Part shown: in pieces, positions 11,400 through 24,060 of the stretch | Position numbering within the stretch: position 1 is the stretch's first letter | Layout of the letters: every line of letters begins with the position of its first letter | Assembly (NCBI RefSeq): GCF_030144855.1 | Contig: NC_082722.1 | Location: 21,142,001-21,206,000 of the forward strand | From: Hypanus sabinus | Lineage: Eukaryota | DNA: 64,000 bases | Direction: 5' to 3' | The notes under the pieces: generated by a model | Database searches by the model: none | The model's input: only the letters and a program-made list of their open reading frames with translations | What the model was told of the DNA's origin: nothing | Program-made: the position numbers and the translations under genes

Positions 11400-14300
11400 T
11401 GTGCGGGGCCTATCAGCGGCGGCAACTGAGCTCGACGAGCTAAATAAAAGTACAGAATGTTTAAGCGGATCGGCCATCGTCGGGAGTTCGCCAGTTGCGA
11501 GAGTAGAAGCGACAAACTCTGGCTCATTGACGTTTCGGCGAAGCGGCTTTGGCGAGGTCAGTGGGTAGGTGGAATTCGTTTGTGGTTTTCTTTGCAGTTT
11601 TTAAGGAATAGAGCGCATGTTGTTAGGGTTAGTATTTTGCTCTGTGGTCAAATGTGGAAATCCCGGGAAACTTCCACTCTCGCAAAGGCCACATCTACGC
11701 CAGGTGCACCGAGATGCAGCTCCTAACAGACCGTGTTAGGGATCTAAAGCTGCGGCTCGGTGATCTAGAGCTTATTAGGGACAGTGCACAGGAGATAGAG
11801 AGGAGATGCAGGGAGTTAGTCATCCCGAGGCTGCATGAATCCGATAGATGGGGACGGTCAGGGAATCAAAGGGAAGAGCTCAGATAGCAGAGAGCACCCC
11901 TGTGGCCACCCCCTCAGCAATCGTTATCTCGTTTTGGAAGCGGTTGTGGGGGATGACTTGACAGTTGCCGACCACGGCGATTGGGTCTGTGGCACTGTTC
12001 TTGTTTGTGTTGTGCAGAAGAGAAAGGGGAAGATGAGGAATACAATAATCAAAGGGAATGCCATAGTGAGGAGATCGGACAGGAAATTCTGTCAGCCTGA
12101 TAGAGGTACCTGAATTGTGCGTTTCCTCCCAGGTGCCAGGGTACCGGGTGTCTTGGATCGGGCGCAGAGTATTCTGAAGGGAGAGGGTGAACAGCTAGAA
12201 GTCCTGGTACATTTTGGTACGAATGACAAGGGTAGAAATAGGGAGGAAGCCCCGAAGAGAGAATTCATGGAGGTAGGTAGGAAGCGGAGAAGCAGCACCT
12301 CTAGGGTACTAATCTCAGTATTGCTACCTGCGCCACCGCTAGCGAGTGCAAGAATAGCATCATCAGGCGTATTAATGTGTGGTTGAGAGCCTGGTGCAGG
12401 GCTTCAGATTCCTGGATCATTGGGGCCTCTTGTGGGAGAGGTACGACCTGCGCAAAACAGGGCGGATTACACCTGACCACAAAAAACTTCCAATATCCCA
12501 GCGGTCGCATTTAATAGAGCTGCTAGCATCGTTTAAAATAATTTGAAGGGGGTTGGGAACCAGAGTGATAGGGTTGAGGAAGGGGAGAACAGAAATAAAT
12601 CAAAGATCGAGTGCAAAAGAGATAATAGAAAGTGCAGGCAGGAAATGAGGCTTAATCGCAACCATTGGCATGAGTTACAGGGCAATACAGGCGTGGTGTA
12701 GTTAGACCAGAAAATAAAAAAATACTGGACTGAAAGTGTTATATTTGAATGCACCCAACATAAAGAATAAAATGGACGATCCTGAAATTCAGCTACAGAT
12801 TGCCAAATATGACATTGTGACCATCGCTTAAACTTGTCTAAACGATGGCAGCCACTGGGATCCTAACGTCCTAAATTTCAGGGTGTATCCGAAAGAAAGG
12901 TTAGTAGGCAGAGGGGGCGGTGTTAATCTGTATATAATAAATCATATTAAATCATTATGAAGTGAAGACATAGGTTTGGAAGATTTGGCGACTCCGGGTT
13001 CAGTTCAGAAATGGCAAAGGGAAATGGAACCAAATAGCAGCACTCCAAACAATAGCTGGGATGTTGATTTCAAGTTACAGCAGGAGATAGAAAAGGTCTG
13101 TCAGTAAGGCAAGGCCATGATAATCGTTCGGGATTTTAGCAAGGCAGTGTATTGGAAATGCCAGGTCAGTACTCGATCTCTAGAGAAAATTTGTAGAATG
13201 ATCAAAGGAGGGATTATAAGTACAGCTTGCTGTTGAGCCCACCAGGGGACCGGTTATGCTGGATTGGGTGTTGTGCAATGATCTGGACGTGATAAGAGAG
13301 CTTAATGTTAAATAACCCGTAGGGAACAGAGATCAGTGTAGCTACTAGGACTTGATGTTTCAATCCCAATGATAAAGTCGGCACTCTCAATGTTGGCAGT
13401 GGCTCGGAGTGGTGACGAGGAGGGTAACTACGTCATCGGGATCATCACGTGGTCACCGTCCTTCACGACGTCTCCAGAAGGCTGAACGGTGCTCAACATT
13501 CAGATCGAGTTCACATTGAAACTTAAGAGGGAAAAATTAAAATCCAATGTGTTAGTATTTCAGTGGAATAAATGAAATTACAATACCATGAGAAGGGAAT
13601 TGGTCGAAGTTTACTGGAAATGGACATTTGCAGCAGGATAGCAGAGCAGCAATGTCTGGGGTATTGCAAAAAAATAGGAAAATAAGAAGGTCAATAGGAA
13701 GGAAGAGATGAATTATTAAATGAAGCTAGTGACTACTATCAAAGAAGATACTAAAACATTTTTAAGTATGTAAAGAATAAACGGGAGTCGACAGTACGTA
13801 TAGGAACAATAGAAAATAACGCTGGAGACATTGTAATGAGAGATGCGAGATGGCAGAGGAACTGATTGCGTATTTTGCAACAGTCTTCACTGTGGAAGAC
13901 GTCGGCAGAATACCAGACATTCAAGAGTGTCATGGATGTGAAGTTTATTCACTGCAAATTACGACTGAGAAGGTGTCGGGAAATTTATAGAGCTGAGCGT
14001 GGACAAATCTTCTGGACCTGATAGAATACACTCTCAGTTTCTGAGGACGTAGCTGGAGAGATTGTAAAGGCAGTAATAACAACCCTTCAAGAATCGATAG
14101 ATTCTGGCATTGTACCGGAAGACTGGAAAATTGCACATGTTACTCCGCTATTTAAAAGGGTGGGAGACAGCAGAAAGGAAACTATGGACCTGTTAGACTG
14201 ACATCAGTGGTTGGGAAGTTGTTGGAATCGACCGTTATGGAGCGAATACGGAGTACCTTGAGCCACATGACTAAATAGGCCAAAGGCAGCATGGTTTCCT

Positions 14301-15560
14301 GAAAGGAAAATCCTGCCTGACAAGCCTGCTACAATTCTTTGAAGAAATAATAAGCGGCTTAAATGCAGAAGACGTAGTCTGCTTTGATTTTCAGAAGGCC
14401 TTTGACAAGGTGCCGCACATGAGGCAACTTAGCAAGATAATAACCCATGGAATTACAGAAAAGTAACTAGCATGGATGGAGCATTGGCTGGTCGGCAGAA
14501 AACAGGGTGGGAATAAAGGTATCCTATTCTGGCTGGCTGCCGGTTACCAGTGGAGTTCCACAGGGTTTCGTGTTCGGACAGCTGCTTTTTATACTGAATG
14601 TCAATGATTTGGACTACGATAGTAATAGATTTTTGGCTACGTTTGTCGATGATACAAAGATAGGTGGAGTAACGAATAGTGTTGAGTGAATAGAGAGACT
14701 TAGGTAGTTTAAGGGAATGGATAAAAATGTGGCAAATGAAACATCATGTTGGAACGAGCATGGTCATGCATTTTGGGTGAAGAATTAAAGAGGCAGACCA
14801 GTATTTAGATGGCGAGATAATTCAAAATGCAGGGATGCAAAGGGACTTGGGAGTCCTTGGACAAGATAGTCCAAAGTTTAACCACCGGGTTGAGTCGGTA
14901 ATGAAGAAAGTGAACGCAACTTGGTATTCATTTCTGGAGGTATAGAATATAAGAACAGGGATGAGATGTTGAGGTTCTATGAGGCACTCGTGTGACTAGA
15001 AGGAGTATTGTGTGCAGCTTTGGGCTCCTTACTTTAGAAAGGATATACTGACATTGGGGGTGGTGCACAGAAGGTTCAGACGAATGATTCCAGGAATGAA
15101 AGGGTTACCGCATGAGGAATGTCTGACAGCTCTTCGGCTGTATTCCCTGGAGTTCAGGAGAATGAATGGGGATCTCATAGAAATACTCCGAATGTCAAAA
15201 GACTTGAACAGATTAGATATGGCAATGTTATTTCTCATGGTAATTGATTCTATAACAAGAGGGCACGACTTCAGGATTGAAGGACGTCCAGTTCGAACAA
15301 AGATGCGGAGAAATAACATCAGTCAGAGCATGGTATACCTGTGGAATTTTTTAACACCAGCGGCTGTGGAGTCCTAATGATCGGATGCACTTAAGGCAGA
15401 GATAAACAAGTTCTTGAGTATCCAAGGCTTCAAAGGGTATGGCTTAGAAGGCAGGGGAGTTGGGATGACAGGAAGTATTGCATCAGGCCATGATTGTAAG
15501 GCGGAGCAGGTTCGATGAGCCGAATAGTGTACTTCTGCTTCCATAGCTTATGGTCCTATG
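11400..15560 (+). mobile_element. Near full-length CR1 LINE (5' UTR, ORF1 with Cys-rich region and esterase, ORF2 EN/RT), many stops and frameshifts
   Basis: ORF1 QLLTDRVRDLKLRL and FLPGARVPGV..EGEQLEVLVHFGTND; ORF2 WLPVTSGVPQG..LLF..FVDDTKIGG and QLWAPYFRKDILTL..RFRRMIPGMKGL; tail ttatggtcctatggtct. Confidence 0.9.
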
Positions 15561-16399
15561 GTCTCAGAAAGAAATGGTGGAGCAGACCCTATCGTCCATA
15601 CGGCCAGAATATCCTTCTATACCTTATGGTGTTATAGCCTTATGGCTGTTTGGCTTGATCTGCATCCTTGTTTTTTCGACTGCCGGTGACCCTTTGTACC
15701 CACTTGCTGCTTTGCTGCTTGCTACTTTGTATCTCAATCTCTTCGACCTTTCCACACATAAATACTGCTTCTATTTCTACATTCAGGTAAAAGTGCCAAA
15801 TGTCATATCCTATATTAATTGACGGAATCTTTTTACTCCTATCTTTCTTATTCATTTTGCATCCACCGATGAACAAAACACATGAACAGAGCTGATTGTC
15901 ATTTCCTTGAATTGCAAAGTCACAAAAGCAGACCAATTCAGCAAGCAACTATGAAGTGCTATTGATATTTTCTATAGTGCGTTTCACAGCGTATTCATTG
16001 TCAGCTCACTTAACCGTCGTTTTAACCCTGTAGCATTATTAGCTAGCATTACAGAATGTCCTGCATACAAAATAACGAGAGCATTCTAAAAATGATAGAA
16101 AAGCACGTGAGTGCACGATATTACCAAATCCTCTTCGGGCAATTGTTTCTTAATGCACTCTATGGAAAAGCAATTTTAGAAGCAGTGGCTGCAATAAGTG
16201 GAGATATCAATATGTATGCCTGATCGAGCGCTCATTCTCGAATGAATGTAACGCATTTTAATAAATAGCATCAATTAAATTTAAGCTTACTGTTTTCTCA
16301 CAGATAATCCTATCAATGTCGTGTGTTACTTAACTTATTAGACTCAAAAGGAGAAAAATATTCGTGTTAAAGAATGATGTGTAACAAATACCATGAATA

Positions 16400-17030
16400 T
16401 GTTTCCGAATAACTAAGTGAATCGATGACAATTTAAGAAGGAAACAACAAATAAGTGATCTTGGTATCTCGTAAACATTCACTGAATTGTGGTCCAACCC
16501 ACAGAGACAGGTATATACGGGTATTGAATTCACTTGTTGAAGCTTCATGGCAACGCAGAGTGTAAGTTAAATTTAATAACAGCGAATAAATGTGATAACT
16601 CGTAAGGCAAGATTTGACTGTTCCGATCTGCTGGACTGAGAAGGTAGCATTTGATTATCTTTCAGGGTAGGGATCTCAGACGTGGCAACTCAACGTAGAA
16701 AAAGGGACTGTACTATACTTACAATCTGGAATGCAGGTGAGGGGGCAGTGAGTCCCCAGTGGCCATCGTTATACTTTGCACTTTGTGGATGGATCATACA
16801 GATGGCTGAGTGAAACAACATTGTTTATTCAGAGAGTACTCTTTCTAAATGATGATGAGAGTTATAAATTTTTCCGAATCAAATTCTCTGGACGGATCTA
16901 TATCGTCGATTTGGTATGGGCAGGTTTTCTCCAGAGAGTTATAATACTCGTCTGTAATGAACACAACGCGAAGTTTGTGTACAGTAAGATTCAGCTTTAC
17001 CATGATTCAAAGCTGTATGTAAGTTTCGAA
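16400..17030 (+). pseudogene. Segment duplicated in inverted orientation at 26040-26720; possible decayed leader plus V exon
   Basis: Shared blocks such as ctcgtaaacattcactgaattgtg, tggccatcgtt and catgattcaaa. Donor GTAAGT at 16562, 104-nt spacer, acceptor tctttcAG at 16665; frame SQTWQLNVEKGTVLYLQS...TTLFIQRV. The duplication is secure; the V identity is weak. Confidence 0.3.
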
Positions 17031-18467
17031 TTAACTATATTACCCAAAATGTTGACAATTGAGGTTGCCTAACACAACAAAAATGAAGAAGGTTATGGAC
17101 ACAGTTCAATTCACCAGGAAACCAACCTCCCATCTATGTACTATATGTACACTTGAAATCGCTGTCCTCTCTACTTTTCGCGGGTGCGCCCCCGCGTGGT
17201 CACTGAAGCACTCCCACACATGTTGCTAATATAATTTTGAAATCTATGTAAATATAATTATGAAATACCCTGCAATTAGTTGTGTTGCTGTATATAATCC
17301 AAATGTTTTCCAAATAATAAACATACCAAAAGCATTACTGTGTAACATTTTAGAGCTTCAGTGTTCCAAGTTGGAACGCTGCTAGAAATTGTAACAGTTA
17401 GCTCAGAATGGAAGTCGGTAGATCATTGTTAAAAAACTGCCAGTCCATACATAATCTTTTTACAAGCCATGGCAAAATTTCCTGCTTGCAGCAATTATTG
17501 GTCCGTGTTGCTGTAAATAAGTAAGCAGAGGGAACGTTGCTTCCCTCCCCCCGCCTAAGAAAATGAACCAGGCTAATTAATCAAGGGCCCATCCTCTTCA
17601 AAGACTGATGCAGGATCCGACCCATAACGGTGATTGTTTATACCTCTCCTTATATCAGGATTTTTAAACATTTTTATGCCATGGACCCCTACCATTAACA
17701 GAGTTTGGGAGCCCCTGTCAGAGATGACGCTTGACCTGTTGAGTTCCTCCAGCATTTTGTGTGTATTGCTCTGGATTTCAGAAACACTTGTGATTTTCTC
17801 TGACATGAGTACTGACGGGATATACTGGAGGGATATTAGAAGCGTTGATGCACAATGCGATTTGAGTGTGCACTTCATGGCGACACATCAGGATCCAGAT
17901 AACAAACCATTAGCCTCCTTGTCTTCTTGGCAGTATGTTGACAAGAGCTGGAATATCATGTTGTACCAGTTGATAGTGGCTAGGCCAGTCATGGAGTGTC
18001 GTGTGCTCTTCTGGTCACCGCAGATAGTACGTAGTAGTGTCAGAACGATTGCAAAAGAGATGCTCTGGGACATTGTCTGGGATGGATTGTTTTAGTGACA
18101 CAGAGAGATTGGATAAACATGGACTGTTTACTCTGGAGTACAGGTGACTGGCGGATAACCTTATGAATTAGAAAAGAACAATTGATACGGACATTAATAT
18201 GCAAGATGCTCATAGCCCTATTCTCAATACAGGGGATCCAAATCTAGCAGACATAGTCGTGAAATGAGGCAGAAAAATTTTAAAGGGGTACTGGGCACGG
18301 CATGCTATTCTCATGAACAGAGGACGGCAGGTATATAGAACAAGCTGTTAGAGGAAGAGCTACTGTGCTGGAGGTAGGTAAGAACGGCGACGTAAATATT
18401 TTCGTTCTGAATTGATGAAACGGGTGCAACAGCCCTTTGTCGAGATGCTCTCATTGTTTTCGTTCAG

Positions 18468-18610
18468 CTGAAGGTCTACAGCAATCTCCTCGTGCAAGTT
18501 AACAGGAAATTACAAATGGCAGGGAATAGAAAGGTGCTAACGGGCCCGCTGATGATATCATGGAAAGCCTTTGTGGTGGAAATTTACATCTGTCTCAGAA
18601 ATCGATTTGC
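18468..18610 (+). pseudogene. Heavily deleted C1 exon remnant paralogous to 473-766
   Basis: Acceptor ttttcgttcAG|CT. Collinear matches to the intact exon: tctcctcg, gaaattacaaat (vs gaaattagaaat) and the exact 13-mer tttacatctgtct (18583-18595 vs 698-710; YICL). Lies about 650 nt upstream of a TM exon. Confidence 0.5.
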
Positions 18611-19241
18611 GGACTATTGGATTTTTTTTAAAGCTCGAAGTTTAGGATACAGACAATGGATTTTTTATGTAAAGTGACTTTCAAAGCATCTTCCTCGCAA
18701 CTGAGTGTTTCTACTGTTTTTCTGCGCTATCCGTCTTTCGATTCTGCGGCGTGTGCCTTCTGGAAAGAGAATAATGAGAAACTTCATCACAATGTTAAAT
18801 AAAACAGAGCTTTAAGTTTTAATCTTTAACCGTTCATTCATTTCCATAGATGCTGCCTGGTCTGCTGAGTTTATTTTGCATGTGTTGTATGCTCTGGATT
18901 TACAGAATTTGCAGAATCTTTTGCGTTACTGATATGAATGCGATATTATCAGTCCTTTGAAAAAAAAATTGACATTAGTGAAAAATGGGAACACTGGCAG
19001 CTAAAAGTAACGTGCTGTGCTTGACGGAGAGTTGCTTTGATAGCTGCCGCTGAGAGAAGGGTAGATGGAGCGCACAGCATGCTAAAGTCATTTTGGAATT
19101 GGGCTCGATATTCTCGCTATGTTTTCAAAGATATGTATAAAGTGACACAAGACCATGCAGATGAATATCAGGTTGGATAGCACAGTAATTTCTGGACAAC
19201 ACAGCACTGTTTCACAGTTTCTGTTTTTTTACATGATCTGG

Positions 19242-19340
19242 AAGACAGCAATAAATCCCTGATTCTAGGATGTGCATTGGGCGAACTGGCAATTGTAATT
19301 CTGATTATAATTTTGATAGGAAGCGAAGTTAAGATAAAAC
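19242..19340 (+). pseudogene. Paralogous TM exon with acceptor AG changed to GG
   Basis: 99 nt, the same length as 1368-1466. Encodes DSNKSLILGCALGELAIVILIIILIGSEVKIK with donor AAAAC|GTGGG. The inverted paralogue at 33212-33310 has tctAG at the acceptor; this copy has tctGG. Confidence 0.75.
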
Positions 19341-19909
19341 GTGGGAAGAACTTGAATGATTTGACAAGCATTTCAATTTATTACATCTACAGATTGAAAA
19401 CAGAAATGATAATGAGAGATCCAATATTTCCAAGGCATTATCGGATTCACATTCGACAATACTAATCATAACTAAGAGAATAATTTTACATTCCCGTTAC
19501 GATTTTCAGTCACCAGGGGTTTTCACCCTGTGACTTCCAGCGGCGATTTTAGACGTAATAATACTCTTACTGTTATAGTTTCGTTCTTTTTAGATATGAC
19601 ATGACTGATGTTATGCTACCGCCACTCTACACTTTCAATCAAAATCTAGGACCAGCACATTCATGCATAACACATTTCATGGGCACAATGTGCGCCAGTA
19701 CTATTTTGAGTAGCTATCAAGATTTTCGACTTCCAGCAAGAAATATGATTGCAATCCTATGCACAACTACAATTTTTCTAACATTACCGCTATTATTTAA
19801 GGTGTTGTATATTTTTAAATCCATTAGATATTAAAACAACCTCTGAAGAAGCAAGTCAGATCGGAGAACCAGCTTTAATTTCTGATTCTGAGAGGTGTAT
19901 ATTAGAAAC

Positions 19910-21545
19910 ACAGAAAACGTACAGCACAATCCAGACAATTTGGCACTCAAAATTGTGCCGAACGTATCCTTATCTTAATAAATTGCCTAGGGCTACCCAT
20001 AGCCCTCTACTTTTCTGAGCTCCATATATCTGTCCACGCACTCATCACTCTCTGCGTAAAAAAACCTACCCCTGACATCTCCTCAGTACCTACTTATAAG
20101 CACCTTAAAACTGTGCCCTCTTGCGCTAGCCATTTCAAACCTGGGCTCCACATGATGAATGCATTTAATCATCCTGGACACCTCTCTCAGGTCAACTCTC
20201 ATCCTCTGTCTCTCCGAAGAAAAAAGACCGAGGTCAGTCAACCTATTCTCATAAGGAATGACCCAATCCAGGCAACATCCATACAAATCTCCTCTGCACC
20301 ATTTCTATGGTTTTGACATCATTCCTATATTGAGGTGACCAGAAATGAGCACAGTACTCCAGGTGGGGTCCTGTATAGCTGCAACATTACCTCTCGGCAC
20401 CTAAACTCAATTCCACGATTGATGAAGGCCAATTCACCAGATACTTTCTCAACCACAGATTCAAGCTGCGCAGCAGCGTTGACTGTCCTATGGACACGGA
20501 CCCAAATATCCCTCTGATTCTCCATTAATACCATTAATTATTCCGTCATGACATTTCACCTACCAAAATGAACTACCTCACACTTATCTCAGTTGACTTC
20601 AATCTATCACTTCTCAGTCCTGTTTTGCATCCTATCAATGTCCAGTTGTAACCTCTGACAGCTCTCCACAATATCCACAACTCTTCCAACCTTTGTGTCA
20701 TCAGCAAACTTGCTAACCCAGCCTTCCACTTCTTCACCCAGCTCATTTATAAAGATCAGGAAGTGTAGGGGTCCCAGAACAGATCCCTGAGGCGAACCAC
20801 TGGTCACCAACATCTATGCAGAATATGAATCTTTCTCAACCACACTTTGCCTTCTCTGAGCAAGGCAGTTCTGGATCCACAAAGCAATGTCCCCTTGGAT
20901 CCCATTTCTCCTTATATTCTCAGTAAGCCCTGCATGGGATACATTATCAAATACCTTGCTGAAATCCATACATCCACTGCTCTCCCTTCATCGATGTGTT
21001 TAGTCGCATCCTCAAGAAATTCAGTCAGGCTTATAAGGAACGACCTGCCTTTGACAAAGCCATGCTGACTATTCCTAATCATATTATGCTTCTCCAAGTG
21101 TTTATAAAGCCTGCCTTTCATGATCTTGTCCATCAACTTACAAACGTCTGAAGTAAGACTCACTGGCCTATAATTTCCTGGGCTATCCCTACTCCCTTTC
21201 GTGAATAAGGGAACAACATCTGCAACCCTCCAATCCTCCAGAACCTCTCTTGTCCCCATTTATAGCGGGAATGTCATCGCCAGGGGCTCAGAAACTTCCT
21301 CACTCGTCTCCCAGAGTGGGATAGATCTCGTCCGGTCCCGGTGACCTATCCAACTTGATCATTTCCCAAAGCTGACGCACATCCTCTTTCTTATTATATA
21401 CATTCTCAAGCTTTTCAGTTCGCTGTACATCATCGCTACAATAGCTAAGACCTTTTTCCGTAATTATTACTGAAGCAATTACCTGTGCTGTCTCCTTTGT
21501 TTCCATATACACTTTGGCACTGTTACACTTAATTGGTCCAACGTC
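19910..21545 (-). mobile_element. CR1 LINE RT and 3' fragment
   Basis: Minus-strand EDWRVADVVPLFTKGSRDSPGNYRPVSLTS, SGSPQGSVLGPLHFLIFINEL, SKFADDTKVG. Confidence 0.87.
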
Positions 21546-21789
21546 TTATCCTCTTGCTCTTCACATACTTATTGGTAGAGGAATATTATGATCAATTACG
21601 AACTGAGCATGAATATTTCTGTGACTGCATGAGAACTGATGACAACCTGGCCCGCACAACGCTGCTTCAATGGTCCACAGTGCCCGAGGAGTACAAAGGT
21701 GACAGTTGTCCCTGCGGAAACTGTTGGGGATAGGAGGAAAAGGGAAATAACTGCGGAACGAAAAAAGATGACGAGATAGCCAGATGACA

Positions 21790-23500
21790 TAACGGTGTTA
21801 ACCAGCCGACTGAACAGGAGAGCACCGTATTGGTTAGTATATCAGAATGTGATAGTGAAGATTTCTTATTCAAGGTTGAAGGCCTGCAATGCTGATGTAC
21901 TGAAGAGGGCAGTTCAGGTTTCAGTACTGTTTGTCATCTATTTCTGAAACACTTAAGAGATAATATTGTTAACATAATTAATAACTTCGGGGAGGCAACG
22001 AAATTGCTGATACAATCGAAAGCAAAAGCTCACCAAGACAATGAACTGAGAAAGTGGTCCTTCATGTTCAGATATTATTTAACTTGGACAATGGCGAAAT
22101 ATTGAATTTTGTTTGGTTACAATAAAGCTGGAATTAAACAGTAAGTTGCACTGTGATTTGAAGTAGAACACAGTAACTGAGGGCATGTGGCGATAGAGGT
22201 GGACAGAAAGGTAAAGAAGATGTTCGTCACAATTGACACAACAGTTGGGGCAATCAATGCAGGGTCTGGGATGTCCAGTTATACTGTACACATCGTTAAT
22301 GAAACGCTAAGAGTATTCTGTGCATTATTGATCGCCCAGCTATGGAAAACACATGTCAGTCTTTATCACAGTGCAGAAAGGACTCACGGGTATATTTTCA
22401 GGACAGGAAGATTTTAGCTGTAGGCAGAAGCTGGGGTTATTCTTCCCTGCGTACAAATGATTTAGCGATGACCTTTTTGGAATGAAAGAGACGAGGGACG
22501 TAGGCAGACCTAGGCTACAGTCTTTTACCCAGAATCGATTAATCGATAATTAGAATACATCAATTCAAGGTGTGATAGGAAATATTTAAAATAGGTCTAG
22601 GGAAAGATTTTCAGCAAATAAGATAGGATATATGGATAAGAAAGGAATGGTGGATTATGGGCTGAGTGCAGGTCGGTGGGACTAGGTGAGAGTAAGCGTT
22701 CGGCATGGACTAGAAGAGCCGAGACGGCGTGTTTCTGTGTTGTAACTCTTTTATGGTTATATGGTTATAAATAGGAGCTTGATAAAAGTTAAATTTTTAA
22801 CAAGTACTTTAACAAGTACTTTTACTTTAACAAGTACAGTTAAATGTACTTGAAGGTAGAGGTGGATTCGGTAGCAACATGAGAAATACAGCTAGATTGG
22901 TATGTTTAGATATTCTGAGAGCAAAGAGATTACAAGGGACAAAAATGGTCCTCTGGGAGAGCAGAATGATAGTCTATGCATGGAGCCAAAGGAGAATGGG
23001 GAGATCGTAAATAGATTCTTTGTATCTGTACTTACTCGGGAAATGGACACAGGCTCTATAGAAGTGGCGCAAAGCCGCAATAAGGTTATGGTCTTGTGTT
23101 TCTTTATTAAAATCTTTGAAAATTGGGTCTAAGTCAAAAGGGAACCCAGCATGATTAATTACTGTATGCTCCTTTTCCCTTCTCTTGTCTCCAGCTATCT
23201 CAGCAATTTTCCGTCCGATACAACACGTTAAATTTAGTTCCCAGTTATCTCATTTTCCGCATATGTCAAACACTTTCTCCAAATGCTCATAAAAGAGTAT
23301 TCACATCACTAACAGAAGAGATTTTGCAGAGTTACAGGCAATCCGGAACAAAACACACAAAATTGTAAAGTAACCTAGTCGGGAAGGAAACATATATGGA
23401 AGAGAATAAACGGCAGATGTTTCAGGTCAAGACACTTCATCAGCATTGGAAAGGAAGAGGGATGATGCCAGAATATAAAGGTGGAGGAGTGGAAGGGGTC
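21790..23500 (+). repeat. Segmental duplicate, copy 1 (copy 2 at about 62410-64000)
   Basis: Collinear blocks ccagccgactgaacaggagagcac, taataacttcggggaggcaacgaaattg and ctttgaaaattgggtctaag, including the same nested CR1 and Penelope pieces. Confidence 0.8.
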
Positions 23501-24060
23501 TAACTAGAAGGTCATGGGTAAAGCTATGTGAGTGGGGGAGAGGCCATGGAGTAAGTATCTGGGAGGTGATAGATAGAAAAAGAAAAATACCGTAAACGAA
23601 GGAACTTGATAGGATAGAAAAGGAGACCATGGGAGAAACGGATGGAGGAAAAACCCCAGAGAAGGATATTAGTAGGTGAGGAGAAGAAGTAGGAGGCAAA
23701 AGTGTGGAACAGAAGAATATGGAGGGAGCGAACAAATTAATGAAAGGGGAAATCAATGGTCACGCCATCAGGTTGGAGGCTACCTAAACTGAAAATGAAG
23801 CGTTAATCCTCCACCCTAAGCGTAGCCTGATGGTGGCAGAAGAAGAAGCCGAGGACCAAAATGTCGCGACGGGAATGGGGATAGGACTGGCATCCGGAAT
23901 TTCCACTTTTTGTGGATGCACTGGAGGTGCTTAAAAGAGCGGTCCGCTGATTTATATTGGGTCGCACCAACGTAGAGGAGGCTGCGCCGGAAGAGCAGAC
24001 AGAGTAGATAACCATAAAAGATTCGGAGCTGAAAGTGTTGCCTCAGTTCGGGGCCCTGAA
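23330..24060 (-). mobile_element. Penelope-like element 3' fragment (GIY-YIG C-terminus plus terminal repeat)
   Basis: Minus strand ..RLGSLQPDGVTIDF, shared with 27170-28675 and 53800-54478. Confidence 0.7.
23413..23446 (-). ncRNA. Degenerate minimal hammerhead ribozyme motif
   Basis: Minus strand CTGATGA-AGTGTCTTGACCT-GAAAC-ATC. Core boxes intact, stems imperfect. Confidence 0.45.
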
